Source: a virus. From it: DNA of 64,000 nt. This document shows, one piece after another, positions 33,294 through 44,332 of the stretch. The stretch spans positions 12,162 to 76,161 of IMG/VR virus record IMGVR_UViG_3300031578_000013. The stretch is one strand, 5' to 3'. The stretch's first letter is position 1, and each line of letters starts with the position of its first letter. A program made the translations under genes and the position numbers. The notes below the pieces were generated by a model, which ran no database searches, had not been told where the DNA came from, and was given only the letters and a program-made list of their open reading frames with translations.

Positions 33294-33566
33294 ATGATAA
33301 TATCAAAAGAGCAATACAATAAACTTCCAAAAAATTTACAAGATTGCTTTGAACCTATGAAAAATATTCATCCTACGGTCAAACCCATTGCCCTCTGCAG
33401 ATACCTCTGCCGTCTCATCACACCCCCAAAGGGATTAATCCTTGATCCTTTCGCGGGTTCTGGTTCCACTGGGGTTGCTGCTACTAATGAAGGGTTTGAA
33501 AGTATCCTGATTGAGTTAGAACATACATCGTGTGAAACTGCACGAATGAGGAATGGCTTACATTGA
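33294..33566 (+). CDS. DNA methyltransferase, C-terminal (SAM-binding) part
   Basis: HPTVKPIAL, LDPFAGSGSTG; own AGGAGG SD at 33281-33286. Confidence 0.85.
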   Translation: MIISKEQYNKLPKNLQDCFEPMKNIHPTVKPIALCRYLCRLITPPKGLILDPFAGSGSTGVAATNEGFESILIELEHTSCETARMRNGLH

Positions 33567-33590
33567 TGAATACCGCAACGGAGCAAAACA

Positions 33591-34352
33591 ATGATTGAAC
33601 CAAACCGAATATACTGCGGGGATAATGTAAAAGTAATGCAAGATATCCCAGACGAAAGTATTGATCTGACGGTAACATCCCCACCATATGACAAACTGCG
33701 AATATATCAAGGCTATTCCTTTGATTTTGCACGAGTAGCACAGGAGTTATATCGTATAACAAAGAAGGGTGGTGTTGTTGTCTGGGTTGTTGGTGATGCC
33801 ACAATTAAAGGAAGTGAAAGTGGAACTTCTTTTAGACAGGCACTTCATTTTAAAGAGATTGGATTCAATCTGCATGATACGATGATCTATGCGAAGAATA
33901 GCTATATGCCACTTACACACAATAGGTATGAGCAAGCGTTTGACTATATGTTTGCTTTCAGTAAAGGGAAACCCAACATATTCAATGCTATAAAAATACC
34001 TTCGGTTACCGCAGGGACAACCCGCAACCGTGGTGGTAGCAAGGCAAAAGAAGTCACATATTCAGAACGAGTGAGAAATGAAAAAACCGTGGTGTCTACG
34101 ACAAAGCAGCATCCGAATATATTCTATTATGATGTCGGAAAAAATGATAAAACAGAACATAATGCACCATTCCCAGAACGGTTAGCAAATGATCACATCC
34201 TCTCTTGGAGCAACGAAGGTGACATTGTTTTAGATCCGTTCAATGGTTCTGGGACAACTACAAAAATGGCAAAGAAAAACAATCGCAAATTTATCGGAAT
34301 CGACATCTCTCAACAATATTGTGATAATGCTATGGCACGATTAGAAATGTGA
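33591..34352 (+). CDS. Beta-class DNA methyltransferase, probably N4-cytosine
   Basis: VTSPPY, HNAPFP, LDPFNGSGTT. Confidence 0.9.
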   Translation: MIEPNRIYCGDNVKVMQDIPDESIDLTVTSPPYDKLRIYQGYSFDFARVAQELYRITKKGGVVVWVVGDATIKGSESGTSFRQALHFKEIGFNLHDTMIYAKNSYMPLTHNRYEQAFDYMFAFSKGKPNIFNAIKIPSVTAGTTRNRGGSKAKEVTYSERVRNEKTVVSTTKQHPNIFYYDVGKNDKTEHNAPFPERLANDHILSWSNEGDIVLDPFNGSGTTTKMAKKNNRKFIGIDISQQYCDNAMARLEM

Positions 34353-34380
34353 TTTTAACATCCCTCTTTTCCCAACACCC

Positions 34381-34420
34381 AAACACCTTTAAATATTAAT
34401 ACAACTTATATTATAGTATG
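34381..34420 (+). promoter_or_regulatory. Archaeal promoter, leaderless start
   Basis: TTTAAATA at 34388, ATG at 34418; T-rich terminator-like tract just upstream. Confidence 0.65.
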
Positions 34421-34844
34421 ACAAACTTTGTTATACGAAGGTTAGGTGAAGATGTATTTTTGGACATTACAGGTATCAAACATATCCTCGTGACTAACAG
34501 TGGAACCCGCGCCGAGATACAATTATCAGAGGGGGATGTTATGATGCTGCGGGAGGCATTGCGATGACAAACATTACGATGATGAAACTATGCCCGTTGA
34601 TGAGCAGGGGGATACACCCGGCAGATTGTTATAGTCATTGTATGGCTTACATCCCCCCAACCGATCACTACTTCGCTTGCACCCTTGAACTCACAATAAA
34701 AAACTACAGCGAGTTATGCAAGTCAGAACGCTACATCGAAGCCCCAGATACCCCGCAGGAAATGACTTGTGATGGGTGTGAGTATTACAAGAAGATCCAG
34801 TGCACTCCCATTCCTGCACGGTGTAAACTTATGGAGAGGAAAAC

Positions 34845-35177
34845 ATGACATCTAAAACAGAAAACCTAACCATCCTCAATGTCCCGCGAACCGTAGCAGG
34901 AGTACTCGAAGTCCTGGCAGACTACCAACCCCACACAATGCACGACATCGAACGCAAGTCCGACTTGCGACAACCCGAAGTAAGCCTTGCTATTGGAGGG
35001 GCATTAAGTGCGTATGTTACCGTGGAGGATGTGAAGCGAGTAACACCGGGTAGACCCGTTAAGATCGTAACAATGAAACACGAGGCATATGATGAGTATA
35101 TCGACGCATGTCTTGCTTGCTTTGAAGCAGCGTATGATGTTGCGAAGGAGGCGGCGGGGGAGTTGCGAGGGAGATGA
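34845..35177 (+). CDS. Archaeal winged-helix regulator, COG4738-like
   Basis: IERKSDLRQPEVSLAI and GRPVK motifs typical of euryarchaeal members. Confidence 0.7.
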   Translation: MTSKTENLTILNVPRTVAGVLEVLADYQPHTMHDIERKSDLRQPEVSLAIGGALSAYVTVEDVKRVTPGRPVKIVTMKHEAYDEYIDACLACFEAAYDVAKEAAGELRGR

Positions 35178-36530
35178 GAAATGATAATGCTCATATCGGA
35201 ATTGTAGGAGCATTCGCGCTCTTTAGCGTGTCTATTGTTGCGATATTTTTTGGGGTTGCCGCGTATACAGTCATATCAAGTAGTTATCCGAGTTCCTATG
35301 ATAACGTAACCATTCTTGACAAAACATCATATGATGTGTCACAAGGATTTTTTTCGTCCAGAGAAGGATTCTTTGTATTTACAGATAAAGGAAACTACGA
35401 GGTTGGAACTACTGGGAATGTTGCAGATGTATATGCATTGTATTCTCGTTTGAAGGTTGGACATACATATAACATAAAAGTATCTATGGGTTTGGTATTA
35501 GGAGCAGAGGAGGTGAAAGAGAGATGATCCAAAATCCCATAGATGATTTCAACGAACAATACAAGAAAATACAAACGGATTATGATCAGGAAGAACTAGA
35601 CGAACTCCGCGAGCGAGAGCATACCAGATGGCAATTGAAATCCATAGCGGCGCGACTGGTTGGGTTTTTCATTAAAGTTTGGATTGCATATTGGATATTC
35701 TCACTTGCTTATATTGGGGCAAGAGAGTTGTGTAGACTTGATTATGCGTGGATTGGATTATATACAGTGTTGATATATTCGAGCTCGTGCATATGGATTA
35801 TCTACGAAGCAATGTCCACAACGATATACAACCCAATTCGAGAGGATGCACAAAAAGGATTTGAAATCCTTGGTGGCAAACTCAAATGTGCGATAAAGGG
35901 TTGGAGAGAATGTAAGGTGGGGGAATAGTAATGAATGGATTAAGAACGTACATAAAAAAATTAATTTGCTGGAAATGTCGTCACTACACCACATTCTCAC
36001 ATAAGTGTGTGTTTGATCCATCACCCCGCGAAGAAGATAATACTTGTAAATTGTTTGAGCTAGATAGTGGGGGTTACGTGTGACTCCTAATGTAGATACC
36101 ATACCCACAAAATATTCCCTAACCATTCTGGGCTACACCATCCCCTTAGAACCAGAACTGTTTGAAACACACGAAAAGATTGGATGGATATTATATGTCC
36201 TTATCTTTTTCTATACCTACACTATATTCAGTATCTTCTTGACTACTTACATTTGGTTGCTGGTGAATGTATTTGGATTCAGAGTTACTGGAACAATCCT
36301 TGGGATATGGGGGATGTGAGATGACAGACTACTACGTTGTGATAATTGAGAACAAACATGATAATACATCCCGCAGCGTCTTAAAGAATTTCCTGCGCAA
36401 GCGAACAAAGGTAGATATGGGAATAACACAGATTTCAGCAGAGGGTAAAACAGCAAAGGAAATACTCACAACTCTTTTTAGGATCGTGCAGGCTAATCCC
36501 CACCAATTCATTGGTGGGATACAGCCGTAA
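35174..36530 (+). other. Small membrane/hypothetical genes (35174-35527, 35524-35928, 36080-36319, 36321-36530)
   Basis: Hydrophobic segments; coupled ORFs. Confidence 0.6.
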
Positions 36531-36760
36531 TTCATGTCAACCACAAACTTTATTGTTCGTGGGGTTCTATAATTAATTACAATTACAAAAGAACAAAGCG
36601 GAAGATGCTGGTTCTCACGATTTTCATGTTTCTTCACCTGAAATATGTAATTGTGTAATTTCAATACCGGATTGGGGCTACAATCCGTTGGTGAAACTCC
36701 ATAGATGCCCGTCAATTTATTGGCGGGAGTGGTCACATAACCAACTTTTCCCAACCCCAC

Positions 36761-36811
36761 AGCAAAGCCTTAATATACTCTTACTACAAACATATTATAG
36801 GTGACTCAATG
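36761..36811 (+). promoter_or_regulatory. Archaeal promoter
   Basis: TTAATATA at 36770, AACATATTA, AGGTGA SD, ATG 36809. Confidence 0.55.
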
Positions 36812-37695
36812 AGCATCACGACACAAGTTAGTTTCCCAAAAGAACGAGAAATCCAACTCTCGCGGATCTTCGCAAAGTGTCCCGATCTTGCCGAACTCGG
36901 CACTTCCGGGGCAATCTATAAGATCCTCTTCGATGCGATGGATCGTATCATCCCGCTTGAAAAGAAAGGTGACGCATAATGATCCTCGATGAACAAGACT
37001 ACACAATTGAATTCTCCCTTCTCATGCCCAACGCCCAGAAAACAACTTCCTACCCCATCACGGTAAAGGCATCGTGCATGGAGGAAGCCCTTACAAAAGC
37101 AAAGGCCAAGTGGGAAGAAATCACATCGCAGTATAGCGTTAAGATTAACGCGGTTAAGAAATAACCGTTTCAATTTTTATTTTCTCTTTTAGGAATGTTT
37201 ATTACATATTGCAGCATATTACTACATATGGTAACATTCTGTAAAGCGCGAACCGTAGCAAGGGGCGAAAAGATATTCCATGCTCCGAGGGATGCAGAGG
37301 GATATTTTGAGTGCACGGAGAAGCGCGATGAAGATGGGATTTTGAAGGAAGTTGTTTTTAGGAAGTATGAGGTATGACTGGCATACACGACTATTGGAAA
37401 TCCAAGCGTCTGAACTATGATGATGTTTTATTCTCACACATAAAAGAACAAACCGCTTATATGGCAGATGTGGCTGGAGATAATGCTAGACAGTGTAAAG
37501 ATAAAAATTCCGAAGAGTATCACTACTGGGCTGCATTCTCTGATATAGTGGGGAAATTCAATTCGCTGGCGGCATCGGAACACGTCGGGGAATTCGCGTT
37601 GGGAAAAAATCGTATTAAAGGTATGCTTGATGCAATGAATGTAATTTGCAACGGGGTATCGAAAGGGGATTTTTCAATCGGGGAACGATCATAAT

Positions 37696-38436
37696 ATGAC
37701 GCTCTCCTTAATCTACGGTGCTGATGCAACCGGTAAATCCCTTCACTGCAAAACCCTCTGCGAAGCATCCGAGACTCCGCTTTACATCAGTCTTGAACTT
37801 AAAAACCGAAGAATGCTATCCCTCGATGCAAGAACTGGTGCAATGACGAAAGACACACCCTTTGATGTGTTTGAAGCAATCGTGTTGGAAAAAACTCCGA
37901 AATTTAATACCGATTTGATCGCCACTTACAATAAATTGGGTGAGGTGTTGGAGAAGATCCTTAATAATAAAGGATTTGATGGTAAACCGAAACACTATGA
38001 TGTTGTTGTAATTGATGGCGTATCTGACTTGTCAAAGATGGCAGAGAAGATTGTAATTAAAGAGTTACAAAAGAAACAATCAACAAGACAGGAAATTGGA
38101 AAAAATGATCTTGCATCGTGGGAAGTCAGAAATAATCTTGCGTGTATGCCATTGGAACGACTTGCAAATTGGGCGCAAATAGAAAGCGTACATGTTATTG
38201 TCACTTCGCTTCTCACAGGAGAATATGTTAATGATACTAAGGTTGGTTATAAGATTGCGGTTCAGGATCGTATAAAAGAAAAGGCAAGTGCAATACAGGT
38301 GAAACTGTTAAAGGATGGTCGGGGGTATATTGCCGATTTCGAGAAAGTGCCAAACTGGGCAAACGATGGTAATCAAACCGTGAAGGTGATGCGTGGGGGT
38401 TTGGTTGCGGAGTTTGGCAAGAGGGGCTTATTATGA
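37696..38436 (+). CDS. Second P-loop ATPase, AAA_24/RecA-like
   Basis: YGADATGKS Walker A, VVVIDGVSD Walker B. Confidence 0.75.
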   Translation: MTLSLIYGADATGKSLHCKTLCEASETPLYISLELKNRRMLSLDARTGAMTKDTPFDVFEAIVLEKTPKFNTDLIATYNKLGEVLEKILNNKGFDGKPKHYDVVVIDGVSDLSKMAEKIVIKELQKKQSTRQEIGKNDLASWEVRNNLACMPLERLANWAQIESVHVIVTSLLTGEYVNDTKVGYKIAVQDRIKEKASAIQVKLLKDGRGYIADFEKVPNWANDGNQTVKVMRGGLVAEFGKRGLL

Positions 38437-38610
38437 CTTACTCGCCAGACACACCAGTGACTTATGAAGTATCAGTGCGTGTGTTCAGAAAGACATCAAC
38501 ACCAGCAGATGATAAATTACTCGCTTATACAAACATACCGTTCAAGACAATCAAAGAAGTGACGGACTGGATAGAGAAAGCAGGAGTGACTTTCATATGA
38601 GGCACGATAG

Positions 38611-39303
38611 ATGGAGTGGGGGTGTATCATTATTTGCATAGACACACGCGAATGTTACCGCGATGAAATCAAAGCGAAGTTAGACAGGATAGGCAATGCC
38701 TCGGAAATATGCACCTTCTCCCAATGGACGGGGTGTGACTACTATGTTGTTAATTTGCATGGTTCGGCGTGCATCCAACGAAAAGACAGTGCTGCGGAGT
38801 TATGCTCTCAAATGGAAGAGTTGCGGTATGATGTGCTCCCACGGTTGATCAACTTCGCATCCGAACTCAATTCCAATCCTGTCTTACTCGTAGAAGAAAC
38901 GCATACGATTGGTGACGTGGGGTATATCTTCCGAAGAGGAAAGAGAGGGGTATTTGTTGAGACTGGTTTGCACATCTCGTCTTACTACGGCTTTCTCCAA
39001 AGTGTGAGGTTGATGGGTATCGATGTTGTTACTACGAAGGGCTTATCAGAATCAATCTGGTATCTCTCTGCCTTGGATGGCTTTCTATCAAGGCAACACT
39101 ATCCCAGGCATAACAAGTCTTACAAACCCCACCAGCAGGCGCTTGGGGCTTTGTGTTGTATTCCAACGATTGGCTCTAAAAGGGCAACGAAAGCACTTAC
39201 AGAGTGTTCCATTGCAGAGATGCTTCATGCGAAGGAAGTTGAGGGGTTGACGAAAGTGCAGTTGGGGAAGGTTAAGAGAGTATTGAGGAGTAGATTGACA
39301 TGA
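38611..39303 (+). CDS. ERCC4/XPF-family nuclease with HhH
   Basis: IDTRE, CDY, IQRK, LLVE, IPTIGSKRA; exact start uncertain. Confidence 0.75.
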   Translation: MEWGCIIICIDTRECYRDEIKAKLDRIGNASEICTFSQWTGCDYYVVNLHGSACIQRKDSAAELCSQMEELRYDVLPRLINFASELNSNPVLLVEETHTIGDVGYIFRRGKRGVFVETGLHISSYYGFLQSVRLMGIDVVTTKGLSESIWYLSALDGFLSRQHYPRHNKSYKPHQQALGALCCIPTIGSKRATKALTECSIAEMLHAKEVEGLTKVQLGKVKRVLRSRLT

Positions 39304-40898
39304 CACCAGATGAAAAAACCGCACTCGCATTCTTTCTGATACTTCTGGCATTATTCGCTGGGGTAGCACTGGGAAACTTTTATGCATCATTTTCTATCCC
39401 GTCCTGTAAAGTGTGGGATTCCCCAAGATTATACGATCATATCCTCATAGCAGATGATGTGGTATGTACATCGTGGAATGAAGTGAATGCCACGTATTAT
39501 CGCTATGATACTTTGGTGTTTAACGGGACAGAGTATATCGTGCAGAAAGTAGAGGTGGAGAATACGACAGCGAAGAGTATTATTGTTTGTAGTGGAGGGA
39601 GAGTATGACACACGATAAGATAAACCCGCTTGCTATTCTTGAAGCGTGTATCGAAAACGATATGGACGAATGCAAGTTTGTTTTTACAGACTGGAACGAT
39701 GAGGGTGAAGTTGTTCTGGATTGTTTCGAGATTAAACTCATTATTGAAGAACTCCGCACAAACCCAGAGGCAGTTTGTGAGCGTGGAAGAAAAGAAGGGT
39801 GGTTGGAGTGATACTCTATGTTAACTGGGACAAGGACGATAAATATCATATTCATGTTGGCCCCGCAGTTCACAGATGTACTAAACAAATTAAACAAGAA
39901 ATACCATTTGGTATCAACCCATGTATCAATTGTGACACGCACCAAACTGGCAAAGTTATAAGGTGTGATCCGTGAATGACACCCATTGAAATATGTTTGT
40001 CGCATCTAGCATTGGTATTAGATGGGGTTCCCCCACTATTGTTAATATGCGGTATTACAGGATTCTCATTGTGGGTAACACACGGGCTGTTCAATGGCGA
40101 TTAAAATGACCCTCACAAAATACCCACACGAATATATCAACGTCCCATTTCTGGTGTTCGTTGCATCTCTAACCATACTCATAACATCCGTCATAGTTCC
40201 CTCGTGGTGGGTGAATACACAACCAATCGGTCTGATCGGTTTTTGCTGTTCTACGAATTGGTATGATGAGTTTATGTTTGCCCCATGGTATATTCAAATA
40301 TTGAATTGGGTTTGGATAAAGATCATATGCCTCGTGGTAATGGCTATATCGGTATTATATCAGTTAATTCCTACTGGTGAAGAAAAGACGTGTGAGAATT
40401 GTAATAACTATAAGAGGAAAAAAGAATGAAACAAAAAACATGCATTTTATATTACGGTTTCGGAGTAACAATCCCCGAACGCATAGCAGACATTTCAGGC
40501 GATGGAACATGCATTGGTTTATTCACACCAGATGGGGGTTACAAGTCCTGCCGTGAAGCAATTGCTGCATTGAAATGCCCGAAGAAGAGAACAACTTGGT
40601 TGGAGGGATGAAAGACGATGAAAGTAATTCATAGCAACCCCAAAGAAACAGTCGGTATTGTAACTGAACTCGTAGGACTCACAACAGTGGGGGAGTTTGA
40701 TCTTGCTATATTAGAAGAGTGGATCAAACAAGTGCGGGATGTATTCGGTGATGATGAGTATATCCACGTGCAGTTCAAGATGTCCGATGATGCAAGAGAA
40801 CCTGGATATATGATTACCGCGTGTCACGGCAATACAGACCCCAAGATTGCAGTGTGCGGGACTTACAAGAAAGACGGGACAAAGTGGGAGAGTGGGTG

Positions 40899-41819
40899 AT
40901 GACTTTCGATATTAAATCATACCAACAGTATCATCATGATATAAAAGTTGTTATAACTAAATCTCTCATAGAAAATTACTATAACGAAAACGGCGGGAAA
41001 GTGTATGTTTCATTCTCCGGTGGGTTGGATAGTAATGTCCTGCTTCACATTGCAAGGCAAGTAATACCCACAATGAAGGGGGTGTTCTCGAATACAGGAT
41101 TGGAATATCCAGAGATTGTTAAGTTTGTCAAAACCTTTAATAATGTAGATATAGTAAAACCCAAGATGCGATTCGACGAGGTTATTGAGAAACATGGCTA
41201 CCCCGTTGTGAGTAAGAGGATTTCCCGTTATATCAAAGACTTGCAAAACCCAACCGAAAATAATGTTAATGTCAGAAACTTGCGCCTCACTGGTATTAGC
41301 AGTGTAACACAACCTGGTAAACTTCAAAAATCAATGCAACTCCCCAAAAAGTGGTTATATCTTGTAGATGCCCCATTTAAGATATCTGATGTATGTTGTG
41401 ATAAATTAAAGAAAGAACCACTTAATCGCTATGCGAAAGAAACCGGGTGTAAACGTATTATTGGTGTGATGGCAGATGAGAGTGATATGCGTATGCAGCA
41501 AGCACGTAGGGATGGATGGTCAGGAAAGGATTTACTACAACCTATGATTTTCTGGACACGCCTTGATGTTCTTGCATACACCAAACTTCATAATCTCCCA
41601 TACTGCTCGGTGTATGGTGATATTAAAGATGGACAACACGGGCTTGAAACAACTGGAGAACACCGCACAGGTTGTATGTTCTGTATGTTTGGGGTTCACA
41701 TGGAGAAGGGAGAGAATAGATTTCAGAGGATGAAGAAAACACACCCCAACCAATATAATTATTGTATGGATAAACTTGGGTGTGGAAAGGTATTGGATTT
41801 CATAGGAGTTAATAAATGA
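40899..41819 (+). CDS. PAPS-reductase-family PP-loop protein
   Basis: SFSGGLDS, NTGLEYPE, CCDKLKKEP, RTGCMFC. Confidence 0.85.
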   Translation: MTFDIKSYQQYHHDIKVVITKSLIENYYNENGGKVYVSFSGGLDSNVLLHIARQVIPTMKGVFSNTGLEYPEIVKFVKTFNNVDIVKPKMRFDEVIEKHGYPVVSKRISRYIKDLQNPTENNVNVRNLRLTGISSVTQPGKLQKSMQLPKKWLYLVDAPFKISDVCCDKLKKEPLNRYAKETGCKRIIGVMADESDMRMQQARRDGWSGKDLLQPMIFWTRLDVLAYTKLHNLPYCSVYGDIKDGQHGLETTGEHRTGCMFCMFGVHMEKGENRFQRMKKTHPNQYNYCMDKLGCGKVLDFIGVNK

Positions 41820-42180
41820 CCCCTACCCCTTCCGAGAACCTCCGCAAGCACATCAATACCCGCACTCGCAAAACCGTTGCCCAGTTAGAAACAAAAGTTG
41901 GTTCTCTCAACCCACAAGAGAAGAAATCCCCCTCGCAGAAGCACAGCGAAGCGATGCGCAAGAAACTAAATCGCGGGGTTGTTCCACCGGCGCAGATTGG
42001 TTATGATTGCAACGACTGCTCTAAATACCCGTGTGGTGAAACAACAAAGACATGCTCGGAATCAACTCGTAAGAATCGCTGTGCCAAGTGTGGAATGGTG
42101 GTTGTGTATCGCTTTGTAGCAGAGGGTGAATGGCAGTATTGTTTGCCTTGCCGGGAGGGATTTAAACGAAAGTCGTAAAC

Positions 42181-42489
42181 ATGCATACCTGCAAACCCCC
42201 ATTCGGGCAGGTGGGTGATATCCGCATTGACAGGAAAACCAAGTGGGGTAATCCATACCCACTTCCATGCGATACACCATCGTTGAGAAGTGCAGTGATT
42301 CGGAAGTATGAAGTCTGGGTGAAACAACAGATGGCAGAGGGGAAGTTAGACATTGATGAACTTGCGGGTGTTGCGAGGTTGGGGTGCCATTGCAAGCCTA
42401 AGGAATGCCACGGGGATGTTCTGGTGAGACTGCTTGGAGAGAAGTATAAACGGGAACAGACTACTTTGATATCGGAGGGATTTGAATGA
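42181..42489 (+). CDS. DUF4326-family protein
   Basis: IDRKTKWGNPY, LGCHCKPKECHGDVL. Confidence 0.8.
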   Translation: MHTCKPPFGQVGDIRIDRKTKWGNPYPLPCDTPSLRSAVIRKYEVWVKQQMAEGKLDIDELAGVARLGCHCKPKECHGDVLVRLLGEKYKREQTTLISEGFE

Positions 42490-42673
42490 TGACAAGGAAA
42501 GACATGCAGCAAATATATGGAATGACAACAAAGGAAGACAGCATGGCTCTCGATACCATGTCCTGCATTCTCCATGCAGCAGAGCAAGGCGTGGCATTCG
42601 AGACTTACATGGATAGTGTGAGGGATTGTGGCAGGAAGAGGATTAGAATGATAAGCAAGGGGTTGGTTGCGGA

Positions 42674-42979
42674 ATGACAAGCAATGTTGGTAAATTAACA
42701 GTGAAACAAATCCACGCAATCCACAGGAGCACAAACAACTTCGTTGGATTGATGAAATTGAAACTAATGGAGAATGCCGACAAGGGATTGTGGGATAAAG
42801 AATCGTATGAGTGTCTTCGTTCACGAGTGAACGATGAACTTATAGAATTGGATACAAAAATTGCATCTGGAGAATACTTGAACGCACGATTAGAATGTGC
42901 CAATGCTGCGAATTTCCTGATGATGATAAGTGATAATATATCATATGGGAAATTTGAGGAATTTAAGAAGGAGCGGTAG
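42674..42979 (+). CDS. MazG-like all-alpha NTP pyrophosphohydrolase-like protein
   Basis: MKLKL..N..KG.W, DELIEL, ECANAANFLMMI. Confidence 0.5.
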   Translation: MTSNVGKLTVKQIHAIHRSTNNFVGLMKLKLMENADKGLWDKESYECLRSRVNDELIELDTKIASGEYLNARLECANAANFLMMISDNISYGKFEEFKKER

Positions 42980-44175
42980 TAATGACTTCCTACAATTGTT
43001 GCGCCTACCCAGGTTGCTATATCAAAATCCCCTACGAAATCGGTGACACCCCAGAGAAGTATTGCGAGAAGCATCTGGGAAGAAATCGAAGCAATCTATT
43101 TACAACTCCACTACCAGTCGCTACAACCCCGATGGTAACATTCCGATGCAACGAGTGTCATGCCAAGCGTGACATTGATCGGGAATTGTGGATGGGTGGT
43201 GCTGTGCCATTGTGTTGCGAACAGAAGATGGTGTTTCATAAGGAGGTGTAGGGATGAACTCCATACAAGTTCTATTTGTACATTTTGGATTGACTATACT
43301 ATCGCTAATGCTAACACTAATATTTGGAGCAATAGTTGGATTTCCATTCTTTTGTCTATCAACGGTTTGGACTGTATTGAAGTGGAATGACGTTAAACAC
43401 GAGAATGATATTGTGTGGAGTGGATGAATGAAAATAGAACGTGAAAACATCGGACTAGACCTTGCCACCATCGCAACCATCATTTCCGTCGCCGGAGTCC
43501 TTACAAATAATTGCGCACTTGAACACATCGCGGCCATGTGGATCTGGCTACCAAGCAATCTCCTCTTCATCATCTACTTCTATGGCAGGGGCAAAGAGTG
43601 GTGGGTGGATGGTTTGAGTGCCAGGATGATATGCATTAATTACTGTGTGATGCTGATAAGTGGTATAGTCGGATTGATGCAGATTTATGGAGTGGTGTGA
43701 ATGTGTGGAGATAAACCAATGTGCGGTGATATGAAACAAATCCCAAAAGCAAAAACAGCCCACGAATTATTACTCGAAAAACAATCAAAGACACAATCAA
43801 CCATGTGGTTCAATGAAGAGCATTGCCCGGAATGCGAGGCTCCGATTTACACCGATGGTAAACTAGAGTGGTGCAAGGCGGGGTGTGGTAATAATGGAAC
43901 GCGGGGTATTGACAGAGAGGGGTATATGGGATTTATAAGTGATGTTATCCGGTAGCACCCCAACCAATTAATCCTTTCAAATCCAACTATTAAACATGAT
44001 ACCAAAAGATCAACCCTGCAATTTTTTAGACACGTCAAAGAAATCAATAGTAGAATGCCGTGCTCATAGCGTGGGGAGTTGCCCCAAGAAGGTTTCGGTA
44101 GATAGAAAAAGAACCATCACCCAATTATGCTGGAGGGTGAGGAAATCTCCAAAGTAACTCTTTTCAGAAATCATC

Positions 44176-44212
44176 GCAACAGTATAAATACTATAGCGTG
44201 TCTATAGCATTT
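44176..44212 (+). promoter_or_regulatory. Promoter of the membrane operon with a CTATAGC direct repeat
   Basis: TATAAATA at 44183; CTATAGC twice (44191, 44202); GTG at 44213. Confidence 0.6.
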
Positions 44213-44332
44213 GTGGCAAAACGTAAAATTTCTTCTATACAATTATCAGAACCGGCAAAACTAAAATTGAAGCGTAAGAAGCGCGAATATGAAACCTACG
44301 AGGAATACCTGCGAAGGATAGGTGTTGTATGA
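44213..44332 (+). CDS. Small RHH-like DNA-binding protein (absent from ORF track)
   Basis: 39 aa, MAKRKISSIQLSEPAKLKLKRKKREYETYEEYLRRIGVV; ATGA overlap with next gene. Confidence 0.6.
   Translation: MAKRKISSIQLSEPAKLKLKRKKREYETYEEYLRRIGVV

Noticed and set aside
43996-44160. Cloverleaf-like stems (GAGTTGC/GTAACTC, TCACCC/GGGTGA)
   Set aside because: No T-loop or anticodon consensus; lies within a plausible 53-aa Cys-containing ORF
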